Notes: generated from the sequence alone by a model not told the origin. A stretch of DNA of 64,000 nt from Trueperaceae bacterium (GCA_965213705.1 OZ243913.1:96001-160000), one strand, 5' to 3'. Shown: positions 21,513 through 31,681, numbered from the stretch's first letter. Program-made: numbers and translations.

Positions 21513-21565
21513 AGAGAAACTTCGTACTGCGAATATCTCATGGTTGGAAAAACGTTCCTGTACCT

Positions 21566-21588
21566 GCGGGAGGGGCTAGCCCTCCCGC
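21566..21588. terminator. GC hairpin upstream of the SARP gene
   Basis: gcgggaggg-gctag-ccctcccgc. Confidence 0.45.
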
Positions 21589-21610
21589 GCTCCAGTGTCT
21601 ACAATGGTAC

Positions 21611-24600
21611 ATGGTGACCCACGTCACGCTTTTGGGACGCGCCGCCATTTACACACAGGGCGAGCGGCTCGAGCCCCCCTTCGGCAAACTCACGGCGCTG
21701 CTCTACTACGTCGCCTATCAGGGGGGCTGGGTGAGTCGCGACGACCTCGTCTACCTGTTTTATCCAGATTTGGAGGAGCACAAGGCGCGGCAAAACCTCC
21801 GGCCGCTGCTCACCAAGCTGCGGCGGCTGCCCTGGGCGGCGGGGCTCGAGATTGAACCGACCCGGCTGCGCTGGAACGTGCCGACGGACACGGGAGCGTT
21901 CAAAGACGCGGTGGAAAAGGGTCACCTCGAGGAAGCAGTGGGGCACTACCGGGCCGAACTCCTCAGCGGGTTTCGGCTGAGCGCCGCGCCCGAGTTCGAT
22001 ACTTGGTTGGAAGTAGAGCGGAGCGAATTGCAGCGCAGTTGGCGCAACGTCACGGTGGTGTTGGCTGAAGAATTGTCAGGCCGCGGCTGCTACCGACAGG
22101 CCGCCGAACTGCTACACCGGCTGTACAAGGCGGACCCGCTCGACGAGGCGGCGTTCCGGCGTTACTTCACGGCGCTGGTGAGTGCCGGACAAAAGTCCGA
22201 GGCGCTGGAGGTTTTTGAGGCTTTCAAAAAAGTGCTGGACGACGAGGTGGCTACCGCACCCGAACAAGAAACCTGGGACCTCGTGTCACGGCTTCGCTCG
22301 GGTGACCTCGCCGTGGCCGGGCCGGTGCCGACCGGAGCCGCCACAAGACCGAAGCCGAACCGGCCGACCACGCGGTTCGTCGGGCGGACGACCGAGGTCG
22401 CCGAGGTCGTCACGCACCTGCGGGAACCCGCTTGTCGGCTGCTGAGCGTCCTCGGGCCGGGCGGCATCGGCAAAACGCGTCTGGCCGCCGAAGTAAGTGA
22501 ACTGCTCAGCGCCGAGTTCGCGGACGGGGTGTTTTTTGTTCCCTTCGACGTCGTCGCCGCACCCACGCTGATGGTACCCACCCTCGCCGACGCGCTCCAC
22601 TTTACTTTCGTTGCTGGACGCGACCCCGAAGACCAACTGCTCGAGCACCTCGCGCCCCAAAACTTACTGCTCGTCATGGACAACTTAGAGCACTTGCTGG
22701 AGGGCGTGAGCCTCGTTACAAACCTCTTGCAAGCCGCGCCTAAGCTCAAAATACTGGCGACCTCGCGCGAGCGTTTGGGGCTGCACGCCGAGTGGGTTTA
22801 CGACCTGGCGGGAATGCGGGTTCCCGACGTGGGTAGTTCCGAAGAGGACACCGACTTTGAGCAAGCAGACGCGGTCGAACTGTTCGTCCAAACGGCCAAA
22901 AAGGCTCGAGCCGACTTTGCCCTGAACGGCGACGTGGCAATCGTCGCCCACATCTGCCGCACCCTCGGCGGGATGCCGCTGGCGATTGAGTTGGCGGCGA
23001 GCTGGCTGCGCGTGCTCAGCCCAGCCGAGGTCGCGGCGGAACTCGCTAAAGGAATCGACTTGCTGGAAACCTCCTTGCGCGACCTACCCGAGCGCCACCA
23101 CGACCTGCGCGCGGTGTTCGGCGCTTCGTGGCGGCGTCTTGCGGAGGGTGAGCAAACCGCCCTGAAAAAGCTCGCCGTTTTTCAGGGCGGCTTCACCAAA
23201 GAAGCGGCCCTGGCCGTCGCCGCCGCAAGTCTGCCGCTCCTCCTCGGGCTCGTCAACAAGTCGTTTTTGTCTTTCGGAGGCCGGGGGCGGTTTGGGCAGC
23301 ATCCTCTCGTAAAGCAATATCTTTTGGACAAGGCCGCCCTCGAGCCCGAAAGCTTCGCCCAAACCCAGGCGGACCACGCCGCCTACTTTGCCGCTTTTAT
23401 GCAGCGCCGTGAAACAGCGCACCAGGGGATGACGGCCAAAGCGGTTCACGCCGAAATCGTCCCCGAGCTGCCCAACGTTCGCGCCGCTTGGTTTTACGCC
23501 GTAGCGAACGGACGCGAAGACGTGTTGGACGCGATGAGCGAGGGCGTGCTGGAAGTCTATACCAGCGCCGGGCGTCACGAAGAGGCCGAAGAGTTGTTCG
23601 CCCACGCCGCCGAACTGCAAACCCGCAGCCTCGTCCGTGGGCGCGTGTTGCGCAACTTGGGCCACGTGCACAACTGGCAGCTCGAGTACGCAAAAGCGGC
23701 CGAACTGCTCAACGCAAGCATCGCCATTTTTCAAGAACACCGAGCAAAACACGACGAAGCCGTGGCCTTGGGCTACCTCACCATAAACTACTCTTTTTCC
23801 TCTCGCCCGAGCTACGAGGTTCAGAAACTTAGGGAGGCGGCTGCAGTTTTGTTTAGAGAGCTTGGCGACAAAAACAACGAGGCCCGGCAGCTGAGCAACC
23901 TCGCCGAGTATTACCCCGACCCGCAGCGGAGAGAGCGTTCCTTCCGCGAAGCCGTCCGGCTTTTTCGGGAGGTTGACGGCTATTTCGGCATCACCTTGAC
24001 CCTGTGCAACCTGGCTTTTTCGCAAGCGACGACCTGGGGAGCGTACCGGGAAGCCGAAAGCTTGATAGCCGAGGCCGTGCGTGTAGAAAGAGAGCGGGGC
24101 ATGGCGTTTCGCTTGGCCTGGTGGCTGAACTGTCAGGGTGACAACGACCTCTGCCAAGGCCACCTGGAAGCGGCGGAAGCCCACTTTGACGAGGCCAGGC
24201 GCATCGGTGAAACCCTCGAGCCCGGTTTCGGTATGTGGGAACTCGAAAAGGCCGTGGCCGGTCTGGGCCGACTCGCTTGTCTGCGCGGCGACAACGCCGG
24301 AGCCAGAGGGTTGTTCACGCGCGCCCTCGAGCTGAACACGCGCCACGCCGACCCGATGGACGCGAAAACAAACATCCTGCTCGGCTTTTCTAAACTCGCG
24401 CTCAGCGAACACGCGCACTTCGAAGCCGAAGACCTCTGCCGTCAAACTGGCTTCGACAAACCTAACTTCTACGAGCTTGCTTACTACGTTTGGGAGGAGG
24501 TCGGTTACCTACGTCAGCTCGGCGCGGTCGCCGCGGCGCGGGCAGAGGCGGAAACGGCTAACAGTCATTTTCAGCGCGCGTTGGGCCTGGTTCAAAAATG

Positions 24601-24847
24601 GCACTTTCTGCCCGCCGCGCTCCAACTCTGCGCGGACTTCGCCGACCTCGCCCGGCGGCAAGGTGACGAACGGCGTGCCGCGCGTCTTTTCAAGCTCGCG
24701 GCCGACCATCCGGCCAGCCTGTTCGAAACCAAAGAAGCGGCTAAGTGGAGGCTCGAGACTTTACCCGCAACGGTTGTGACGGCAGAAGCGCGTGGGGAAG
24801 CTGCGGGGCTCGAGCGGGTCGTCGAAAGTCTGCTGCGAACCGGGTAA
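21611..24847 (+). CDS. AfsR/SARP-family regulator: wHTH-BTAD, STAND/NB-ARC-like ATPase, TPR repeats
   Basis: ALLYYVA...SRDDL..L.YPD, EFDTWLEVER, DPLDE; FVGR..E; GPGGIGKTRLA Walker A; LLVMDNLEH; GGMPLAIELAA; TPR-like C-terminus. TACAAT lies 5 nt before the ATG. Confidence 0.92.
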   Translation: MVTHVTLLGRAAIYTQGERLEPPFGKLTALLYYVAYQGGWVSRDDLVYLFYPDLEEHKARQNLRPLLTKLRRLPWAAGLEIEPTRLRWNVPTDTGAFKDAVEKGHLEEAVGHYRAELLSGFRLSAAPEFDTWLEVERSELQRSWRNVTVVLAEELSGRGCYRQAAELLHRLYKADPLDEAAFRRYFTALVSAGQKSEALEVFEAFKKVLDDEVATAPEQETWDLVSRLRSGDLAVAGPVPTGAATRPKPNRPTTRFVGRTTEVAEVVTHLREPACRLLSVLGPGGIGKTRLAAEVSELLSAEFADGVFFVPFDVVAAPTLMVPTLADALHFTFVAGRDPEDQLLEHLAPQNLLLVMDNLEHLLEGVSLVTNLLQAAPKLKILATSRERLGLHAEWVYDLAGMRVPDVGSSEEDTDFEQADAVELFVQTAKKARADFALNGDVAIVAHICRTLGGMPLAIELAASWLRVLSPAEVAAELAKGIDLLETSLRDLPERHHDLRAVFGASWRRLAEGEQTALKKLAVFQGGFTKEAALAVAAASLPLLLGLVNKSFLSFGGRGRFGQHPLVKQYLLDKAALEPESFAQTQADHAAYFAAFMQRRETAHQGMTAKAVHAEIVPELPNVRAAWFYAVANGREDVLDAMSEGVLEVYTSAGRHEEAEELFAHAAELQTRSLVRGRVLRNLGHVHNWQLEYAKAAELLNASIAIFQEHRAKHDEAVALGYLTINYSFSSRPSYEVQKLREAAAVLFRELGDKNNEARQLSNLAEYYPDPQRRERSFREAVRLFREVDGYFGITLTLCNLAFSQATTWGAYREAESLIAEAVRVERERGMAFRLAWWLNCQGDNDLCQGHLEAAEAHFDEARRIGETLEPGFGMWELEKAVAGLGRLACLRGDNAGARGLFTRALELNTRHADPMDAKTNILLGFSKLALSEHAHFEAEDLCRQTGFDKPNFYELAYYVWEEVGYLRQLGAVAAARAEAETANSHFQRALGLVQKWHFLPAALQLCADFADLARRQGDERRAARLFKLAADHPASLFETKEAAKWRLETLPATVVTAEARGEAAGLERVVESLLRTG

Positions 24848-24889
24848 AGGGGGGCGGCCGGTACCGCCCGCGCAACCTGCCGTCAAACC

Positions 24890-25900
24890 CTAGCGGGCCA
24901 CACCCTCTTCCAACCACTGCAGCGGAGCTACGGGCACGCCCTCGACCCTCACCTCGAAGTGCAGGTGCGGCCCCGTCACGAGCCCGGTCGCGCCGAGCGT
25001 GCCGAGCGAGTCGCCCGCCACTACCTCGTCGCCCGCCGTTACGCCGCGCTCGTTCAAGTGCATGTAAGCGCTGCACACGCCGAGGCCGTGCCGCACGATG
25101 ACGGTATTGCCGTAAAGCTGCAAGGTATCGGACAAAACGACCCGCCCGTCGGCGACTGCGTAAACCGGTGTACCCGTCGCGCCGCGAAAGTCCAGCCCGC
25201 GGTGAAAGCCGCTGTAGGGACCGCCGTTGTAAGAGCGCAGCGTGCCGAACACGGAACTGTAGGACGGCTCGGCTACGGGAAACTCGAACGCACCGCCCCA
25301 CCGCCGCTCGTCGCCGCCCGAGCAGGTCGTTTCCAGCAGCGCGTGTTCGCGGCTCACAATCTCTGGGGCGAGCAAGCGGCTCGTCTCGGCGGACAGGGTG
25401 ATTTGTTCACGGTCGTAGCCGCCCTCGGCGACGGTGACCGGCAGCGTGAGCGTGACCGGCTCGCCGTCCGCCAGCGCCGTCACGCCCAGGCTGTGCGTGC
25501 CCGGCTCTTGCAGCACGGGCGTCGGGAGTAAGACGGTGTCCCCGTAAACGGGAACGGACCTGCCCAGGTAGCTCACTGAGTAAAGCGTCGCTTCCGGTGC
25601 AAGCTCCACCCGCAACGTCTGCACCCGCCCCTGCGTCGCGGTCTGCGGCGTGAGCGCGACTTCGGTGAAAGGTAGTGGCAAGGGCTCGTCCCAAGTTTGT
25701 AACGAGGGGACGACGAGTTGCCGACCGACCACCAACCGGTCGGGGTCGTCGAGACCGTTCGCGCTCACTAAGTCAGCGACGGGAACGCCGAAGGTGCGGG
25801 CGATTTGCGTGAGCGTGTCGCCGGGCTGCACCGTGTAGGTCGCATTTTGGGCGAAGGCGAGCTGCCACAGGAGAACCGAACAGAGGACGAAGCGCTTCAT
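24890..25900 (-). CDS. LysM + M23 family metallopeptidase, secreted
   Basis: Signal peptide, LysM (YTVQPGDTL..IA), HRGLD, YMHL and GPHLHFE. Confidence 0.93.
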   Translation of the reverse strand: MKRFVLCSVLLWQLAFAQNATYTVQPGDTLTQIARTFGVPVADLVSANGLDDPDRLVVGRQLVVPSLQTWDEPLPLPFTEVALTPQTATQGRVQTLRVELAPEATLYSVSYLGRSVPVYGDTVLLPTPVLQEPGTHSLGVTALADGEPVTLTLPVTVAEGGYDREQITLSAETSRLLAPEIVSREHALLETTCSGGDERRWGGAFEFPVAEPSYSSVFGTLRSYNGGPYSGFHRGLDFRGATGTPVYAVADGRVVLSDTLQLYGNTVIVRHGLGVCSAYMHLNERGVTAGDEVVAGDSLGTLGATGLVTGPHLHFEVRVEGVPVAPLQWLEEGVAR

Positions 25901-26099
25901 AGGAAAGAGTATACGCTCGTCCGACGCGGCACCCGTCGGGATTTACCGGGGCTCGAGACCACCCCCGTTACCGTCGCTGTGTCAGCGACGATAACCGAAC
26001 AAAGTTTTTTGCTTAAAGCCTCGCTCGACCACGCCGACTTCACTTAAGGCACCTTACTTTGAGAAACCTCGTAGCCTGTCTTTTAGTGGGCCTGCCACC

Positions 26100-27239
26100 T
26101 CAGGGTAGGGTTTTTCCAACCCAGCTCAGCGGGTTGGTGGCCACGCCGGCGACGCGCATCTCCCAGTGGAGGTGCGGCCCCGACGACAAACCCGTCGTGC
26201 CGACCGCACCGACGGTTTGCCCGCGGGCAACCGTGTCGCCGACCGCAACGAGAATTTTCGACTGGTGCATGTAGACGCTGTAGAGGTTCGCGCCGTGGTC
26301 GATGACCACCAAACCGCCCTTGATGGGGTAAAAGCCCGCGACGAGGACGCGGCCCGCGTTGGTCGCGTGGACGGGCGTGCCGGTGGGCGCGGCGATGTCC
26401 TCGCCGTAGTGATAAGACACGTTGCCGCCGGGGGCGTAGCGGCGCGGCGTGCCGAAACCGCTCGTGCCGCGGCCCTCGATGGGCAGTTCAAAAGGCTCGG
26501 TCCACCGCGGCGCGGGAAACTCTTTCCCACGCGCATAAGCCGCGTCCATCGTCTCTTTTTCCAGCGCCTTGCCTTCGGGTGTGCTCACGCTCAGGACGCT
26601 CGCCGGGAGGTCCAGCTCTTGCACCTCCTGCGGGTCGGGCAACACGGTGATGGTCGTATCGGCGACGCTCACTGTTCCGTAAGCGTCCATCGCCGCGACG
26701 TGGACATTGACCACGCCCGGCTCGCTGCCGAGCGGCACGCCGCCGAGCAGAACCGCCGCGTCGCCCTGCATAAAGACCGTTTTGCGCTCGCCGTCGACCT
26801 CCAGGGTCAGCGAACTCGGCGGCGTCTCCGGCGGCCAAGCTACCCGCACGCTCCAAGGTTTGCCGGGCGAAAGTTCGCTCGGCGCGGTCACGGTGAGGTC
26901 GAGTTTGACGACGCCCGTGACGACGTAGCTGTAGGTACTTTCGTTGTCGGCGCCGTCGGTCGCGGTGATTTCCAAGGGCACCGCGCCCGCTTGGCCCGTC
27001 AACGACAGCGTGTAAGACTGCGCGACCTCGGTTACTTCAGTGTCGCCGTAGCGCACGCGGTAGGTGACGGGCTCGTCGGCACTCAGGGCCAACTCAAAAG
27101 GCTGCTCGGCGGACACTGTATCGGGCACCTCGGTGTAGACCTGCGGCGGCGTCATGTCGCGTTGTGTGTAAGACAGCGCAACGCCGACCAACACGGCGAC
27201 GAGAACAAGGCTCAGCCCGATGATTCGGCGCGGTAGCAC
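26100..27239 (-). CDS. Membrane-anchored M23 family metallopeptidase
   Basis: N-terminal TM helix, a beta-rich (possibly Ig-like) region, HYGED, YMHQ and GPHLHWE. Confidence 0.9.
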   Translation of the reverse strand: MLPRRIIGLSLVLVAVLVGVALSYTQRDMTPPQVYTEVPDTVSAEQPFELALSADEPVTYRVRYGDTEVTEVAQSYTLSLTGQAGAVPLEITATDGADNESTYSYVVTGVVKLDLTVTAPSELSPGKPWSVRVAWPPETPPSSLTLEVDGERKTVFMQGDAAVLLGGVPLGSEPGVVNVHVAAMDAYGTVSVADTTITVLPDPQEVQELDLPASVLSVSTPEGKALEKETMDAAYARGKEFPAPRWTEPFELPIEGRGTSGFGTPRRYAPGGNVSYHYGEDIAAPTGTPVHATNAGRVLVAGFYPIKGGLVVIDHGANLYSVYMHQSKILVAVGDTVARGQTVGAVGTTGLSSGPHLHWEMRVAGVATNPLSWVGKTLP

Positions 27240-27248
27240 CTCGGCCGC

Positions 27249-27788
27249 CTAGTCCCGCTGCGAGGTGATGAAAGGGACGTTGCGGTACACGTGCGCCACG
27301 TCGAGGCCGTAGCCGTACACAAAGGCGTCCTCAATTTCAAACCCGAGGTAGTCGATAGGCACGTCGACTTGCCGCCGCGACGGTTTCGACAGCAGCGACA
27401 CCACCCCGACCGACAGCGGGCCGCGGCCTTTTAGGTAGCCGAGCAAGTAGGCCATCGTCAAACCGGTGTCAATGATGTCCTCGACCAACAAGACGTGTTT
27501 GTTTTTTAAGGACATGTCCAGGTCTTTGACGAGCCGCACCTCGCCGCTCGACTCGGTGCGCGAGCCGTAGCTCGAGACCGACAAAAAGTCCACCGTCAGG
27601 GGCAAGTCAATCGCCCGTACCAGGTCCGCCATAAAGATGAACGCCCCGTTCAGCACGCAGATGAGGTGCAGCGGCTTGTCACGGTAAGCCGCCGCAATCT
27701 CACGGCCGAGGTCGCGAATGCGGGTTTGGATTTGCTCGCTCGAGAGCTGCACGCTGCCGGCGGCGGGTGTAAAAATAGTCTCAGCCAT
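27249..27788 (-). CDS. hpt: Hypoxanthine phosphoribosyltransferase
   Basis: VLNGAFIFMADL, VLLVEDIIDTGLT PRPP motif, FVYGYGLD. Confidence 0.96.
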   Translation of the reverse strand: MAETIFTPAAGSVQLSSEQIQTRIRDLGREIAAAYRDKPLHLICVLNGAFIFMADLVRAIDLPLTVDFLSVSSYGSRTESSGEVRLVKDLDMSLKNKHVLLVEDIIDTGLTMAYLLGYLKGRGPLSVGVVSLLSKPSRRQVDVPIDYLGFEIEDAFVYGYGLDVAHVYRNVPFITSQRD

Positions 27789-27790
27789 CA

Positions 27791-27864
27791 AAAAGTACCG
27801 AGTACCGAGTACCGAGTGAAAAGTGGCTGTTTACTCGGTACTCGGTACTTTTCACTCGGTACTC
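27791..27864. repeat. Heptamer-based palindromic element, copy A: (agtaccg)n ... (cggtact)n
   Basis: aaaagtaccgagtaccgagtaccgagtgaaaagtggctgtttactcggtactcggtacttttcactcggtactc. Confidence 0.9.
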
Positions 27865-27868
27865 CTCC

Positions 27869-28570
27869 CTATTCACGCCGAGTATACCCGAGCTTCTTAT
27901 AGTCCGCTGCGGAAAGCTTCCGGTAGCCGCCGGATTTCAGGTCGCCAAGCTCGAGCCCGCCGATGCGCGTGCGCACCAAGCGCGTGACCGAGTAACCGAC
28001 CGCCGCCAACATGCGCCGCACCTGCCGGTTGCGACCCTCGCCCAACACCACGCGGCAGCCGCCCTCGGCCGTCTTGGCGACGACGACGCGCGCTAAGTCG
28101 TCGTCGAGTTCGACGCCTTGCTCGAGCGTGGCGAGCGCGCCCGCGTTCAAAGTACCTTGCCGACACCAGACCCGGTACTCTTTTTCGTGTTCAAAGCGCG
28201 GGTGCGTGAGTTCCAGGGTCAGGTCGCCGTCGTTGGTGAGCAGCAACATCCCCTCGGACTCCAAGTCCAAGCGCCCGACCGGGTGCAGCCCCGCCACCGC
28301 CGGAACGAGGTCCATCACCGTGGGGCGGCCGCGGTCGTCGCTGACGGTCGAGAGATAGTCGGCGGGTTTGTTGAGGAGGTACGTGACCGTGGTTGCGGGC
28401 TTGCTGACGTTTTCGCCGTCTACCGTCACCTCGTCCTCTTCCCCGACCTTCATCCCGAGTTCGGCCGTAGAGCCGTTTACGCTGACCCGTCCGGCGGTAA
28501 TCAAACTTTCGGCCTTGCGGCGGCTGGCGACACCCGCTCGAGCCAGAAACTTCTGCAAACGCTCGCTCAT
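27869..28570 (-). CDS. rRNA pseudouridine synthase (RsuA/RluB family)
   Basis: MSERLQKFLARAGVASRR S4 domain, LNKP, catalytic VGRLD, GEGRNRQVRRM. ATG at 28570 follows TAAACT. Confidence 0.95.
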   Translation of the reverse strand: MSERLQKFLARAGVASRRKAESLITAGRVSVNGSTAELGMKVGEEDEVTVDGENVSKPATTVTYLLNKPADYLSTVSDDRGRPTVMDLVPAVAGLHPVGRLDLESEGMLLLTNDGDLTLELTHPRFEHEKEYRVWCRQGTLNAGALATLEQGVELDDDLARVVVAKTAEGGCRVVLGEGRNRQVRRMLAAVGYSVTRLVRTRIGGLELGDLKSGGYRKLSAADYKKLGYTRRE

Positions 28571-28622
28571 AGGAAAAAGTTTACCCTGCGCGGGGAAGTT
28601 GCGTCGCGCGGAGAGGAGAGGC

Positions 28623-28697
28623 AAAGTACCGAGTACCTAGTACCGAGTTGAAAGTGGCTGGCTCTTACTCGGTACTTTCCACTCGGTCCTCGGTACT
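28623..28697. repeat. Heptamer-based palindromic element, copy B
   Basis: aaagtaccgagtacctagtaccgagttgaaagtggctggctcttactcggtactttccactcggtcctcggtact; same orientation as copy A. Confidence 0.9.
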
Positions 28698-28724
28698 ACT
28701 CCCCTACAAGCTAGACTGTGGGGC

Positions 28725-29717
28725 GTGCGCCTCTTACTGCTCCTGAGCCTGACCTTGTTGCTCCTGAGCCTGACCGGTCTCAGTCTTGCCCAAACGAATC
28801 CGCCGCGCGGCGACGTGCGCGTGGTGGTGCTGAGCGACTTCAACCCGTCTTACGGGGAAACCGTTTACAGCCCGCAGGTCGCCAAAGTTATAAAGGCGAC
28901 AACCGAGGTGTGGCGGCCCGACCTGTTTTTATCGGCCGGCGACCTCGTCGGGGGGCAAAAGACGTCGCTGCCCATTGAACGCTTCGCGCAGATGTGGGCG
29001 GCGTTCGGCGAAGAGGTCGCCGCGCCGTTGCGGGCGGCGAACATTCCTTACGCCGTTGCGATGGGCAACCACGACGGCTCGAGCCTCCAAGCGAACGGAA
29101 GCTTTGTGTTTGAGCGCGAACGTGACGCCGCTCGAGCCTACTGGGAGCAAACAAAGAGCACGCACCTCGCCTACCGGGACAGCGCCGACTTTCCCTTCAA
29201 CTACAGTTTTGTTTTTGAGGGCGTCTTCTTCGCGGTTTGGGACGCCTCGAGTGCAAACATCACCGACGCACAACTGTTGTGGTTGCGGGGCGAACTTGGG
29301 TCTGAGGAGGCTCAGGCCGCCCCCTTACGCGTGCTCGTCGGGCACTTGCCACTCTACGGCGTGAGTTCGGAGAAGAACAAACCCGGCGAGGTCTTGACGA
29401 ACGGCGACGCGCTGCGCCAGGCGGTCGAAGGTTGGGGCGTCGACCTCTACGTCAGCGGACACCACGCGGCCTACTACCCGGCCAGGGTCGGGGAGGTCGT
29501 GCTTCTCAACACGGGCGGCGTCGGGGCGCGGCGCTTGCTGGGCGGCGACGCCGCACCCCGCTCGGCGGTGACGGTGCTGGATATTGTTTTCGAGCCGCTC
29601 GAGCTGCGCCTCACGACCTTCGACACCGCGACCTTTGAAGAAATCCCGTTGGAGAGCTTGTCCGGACGCGTCGACGGGCTGAACGGCGCGCTCACCCGGC
29701 TCGACCTCGCCCCCTGA
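28725..29717 (+). CDS. Secreted calcineurin-like metallophosphoesterase
   Basis: Signal peptide (SLA-Q), LSDFN, AGDL, MGNHD, GHLP and SGHH motifs. Confidence 0.9.
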   Translation: MRLLLLLSLTLLLLSLTGLSLAQTNPPRGDVRVVVLSDFNPSYGETVYSPQVAKVIKATTEVWRPDLFLSAGDLVGGQKTSLPIERFAQMWAAFGEEVAAPLRAANIPYAVAMGNHDGSSLQANGSFVFERERDAARAYWEQTKSTHLAYRDSADFPFNYSFVFEGVFFAVWDASSANITDAQLLWLRGELGSEEAQAAPLRVLVGHLPLYGVSSEKNKPGEVLTNGDALRQAVEGWGVDLYVSGHHAAYYPARVGEVVLLNTGGVGARRLLGGDAAPRSAVTVLDIVFEPLELRLTTFDTATFEEIPLESLSGRVDGLNGALTRLDLAP

Positions 29718-29764
29718 ACTCGCTCAAACTCCCGCTGGTAAACCCTCGCTGGTAAACTCCCGCT

Positions 29765-30226
29765 ATGTCCCAACCCCCCGAACCCCTCGCCGCCGACCTC
29801 GTCCGCACGCTTGTCGAGGACCTCATTCCGTTCAACGCGTTTTTGGGGCTCAAGCTCGAGCGCTTCGACCTCAGTCCGGCGCGGCTGGTCACAAGGCTTG
29901 AGCTGCGCCCCGAGTATGTCGGCAACCCGCGCCGCCAAGCGCCCCACGGCGGCGTGATAAGTTTCGTCGTCGACGCGACCGCCGGGGTGGCCGTGGCGCT
30001 GTCCCTGGGCGACCCAAACTTGGCAAGCGGCGTTTCCACCATCGACATGCGCGTGGACTACCTGCAGCCCGCGCGCGGGTCCACGCTTCTCACCACGTCG
30101 GCGGTCGTGCGCGGCGGCAACCGCATCGTCGCGGTGCGGAGCGAGGTGCATGACGACGAAGGCGCGCTCGTCGCCCTCGGCAGCAACGTGTTCAACGTGG
30201 CGCGGGGCTCGAAAAACCGCCCTTGA
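29765..30226 (+). CDS. PaaI family hotdog-fold thioesterase
   Basis: PFNAFLG, GNP....HGGVI...VD, TIDMRVDYLQP. Confidence 0.9.
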   Translation: MSQPPEPLAADLVRTLVEDLIPFNAFLGLKLERFDLSPARLVTRLELRPEYVGNPRRQAPHGGVISFVVDATAGVAVALSLGDPNLASGVSTIDMRVDYLQPARGSTLLTTSAVVRGGNRIVAVRSEVHDDEGALVALGSNVFNVARGSKNRP

Positions 30227-30372
30227 CCCCGCCCCTTTTGAGAGGGCCGTCCTCGCGGCGAACACACCCGTAAACCCAAAAAAGTTCACACCGACGTTTT
30301 CGCGACGTTTTCGGGTCTACAGGTGTGGAGCAAGTCGCACGGTGTACCTACCGGCTTTGCTAAAACGAGGCC

Positions 30373-30564
30373 ATGTCTTATCAACCCATGTCTTATCAAC
30401 AACGCGCCGTCCGCGTCGGTGGTTACTTTACCTGCGGCTTGCTGCTCATCAACGGTTTCTTAGCGAACATCGAGGCCTTGCCCGCCGTCGTCATCAGCTT
30501 GGGCGCAGGTCTGGCTTTTACCGCCGGAAGTTTGGCCGTCGGTCGGCGTTACAAGTTGCGGTGA
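30373..30564 (+). CDS. Small two-TM membrane protein
   Basis: 63 aa with two hydrophobic stretches. The start region is duplicated (ccatgtcttatcaac x2), so ATG 30388 is an alternative start. Confidence 0.55.
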   Translation: MSYQPMSYQQRAVRVGGYFTCGLLLINGFLANIEALPAVVISLGAGLAFTAGSLAVGRRYKLR

Positions 30565-30657
30565 CCGGTTTCACGTGATGGACAAACCTCGACGGCTGAG
30601 TCCGGGCTTGGTAGCCGCGCTCGGCTTACAGGTATGATGAGTCCGGGAGAGGTAGGA

Positions 30658-31581
30658 ATGACTCATGCACGTGGTGGGCATGAGCCGTTGACGTCGGGCT
30701 TAACGTTGCGCAAACACGGCGAATGTGTCGAAACGGTGGCGAGCAGCGCCCTCAGGGTTTGTCTGCTGGCAAATGGCGACGGTAGCGAACTGCTCCACGG
30801 CGAACTGCTCGCCGGACAGTTCATCACGCTCGTCTCCTCGGGGGAGGCGACCGAAAGCTACTACGTGTTGTCGGGAACTTTGCAGTTGGAAGACGGCGGC
30901 CGAACGCGCGTTTTGGGCGTGGGCGACACGCTCGTGACCGAGGGCTTGACGCAGCCGGTGGTACTTACGGCCAAAAGCGCGGCGCGGTTTTTGTGTTTTA
31001 CCTCGCGCCCTATTTTTCATGAGATGAGCCGCGACCTTGCGCAACTGATGGGGCTTGCCCGAGACATCGAACTCAAAGACGGCTACACCGCCGGCCACTG
31101 CGAGCGCATTCGTGAGTTCTCCAACGCGGTCGGACGCGAGTTGAAGTTGCCGCCCGAGCGGCGGCACCTGCTCAACTACGCCGCTTACCTGCACGACGTG
31201 GGCAAGACGCGGCTGCCCCTGGAGCTTTTGCGCAAATCGGAACCCTTGAGCGAGGCCGAGTGGGCCGAAGTCAAACGTCATCCCGACTACGGACGCGACC
31301 TGCTCGAGACGACGTTTATGCGGGCGGCGGGCGACATCGTGGCGCAGCATCACGAGCGGTTCGACGGCAGCGGCTATCCCTTGGGCTTAGCGGGCGAGGC
31401 TATTCTGAAAGAGGCGCGCGTCATCGCGGTCGCAGACAGCTACGACGCTCTTACCAGCGACCGCCCTTACCGCGCGGCCGTCTCGCAACCCACAGCGCTC
31501 GCAGAGTTGCAGCGGCAAGCCGGCCGCCTGTTCGACCCCGAGGTGGTCGCGGCGTTTCAAAAAGTTTTAGAGCAGCCCTAA
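30658..31581 (+). CDS. Cupin-like sensor + HD-GYP c-di-GMP phosphodiesterase
   Basis: N-terminal cupin-like ESYYVLSGTL...LGVGD; KDGYTAGHCER, LHDVGK, HHERFDGSGYP, VADSYDALTSDRPY. Confidence 0.9.
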   Translation: MTHARGGHEPLTSGLTLRKHGECVETVASSALRVCLLANGDGSELLHGELLAGQFITLVSSGEATESYYVLSGTLQLEDGGRTRVLGVGDTLVTEGLTQPVVLTAKSAARFLCFTSRPIFHEMSRDLAQLMGLARDIELKDGYTAGHCERIREFSNAVGRELKLPPERRHLLNYAAYLHDVGKTRLPLELLRKSEPLSEAEWAEVKRHPDYGRDLLETTFMRAAGDIVAQHHERFDGSGYPLGLAGEAILKEARVIAVADSYDALTSDRPYRAAVSQPTALAELQRQAGRLFDPEVVAAFQKVLEQP

Positions 31582-31681
31582 AACCGGCAGCGAACCTGTA
31601 CCAACCCCGCAGGTGTGAAACCTTGTACGGACTTCGTTTGAGTCCGGCGGCTATAGTTGCTTTTGAAGGCCCCAGCCTTCC

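Noticed and set aside
23084..24445. 453-aa minus-strand ORF, and similar long ORFs at 36121-37665, 41119-42360, 42203-43444, 48357-49550 and 52220-53236
   Set aside because: Each overlaps a well-supported gene in another frame or strand and lacks family motifs.
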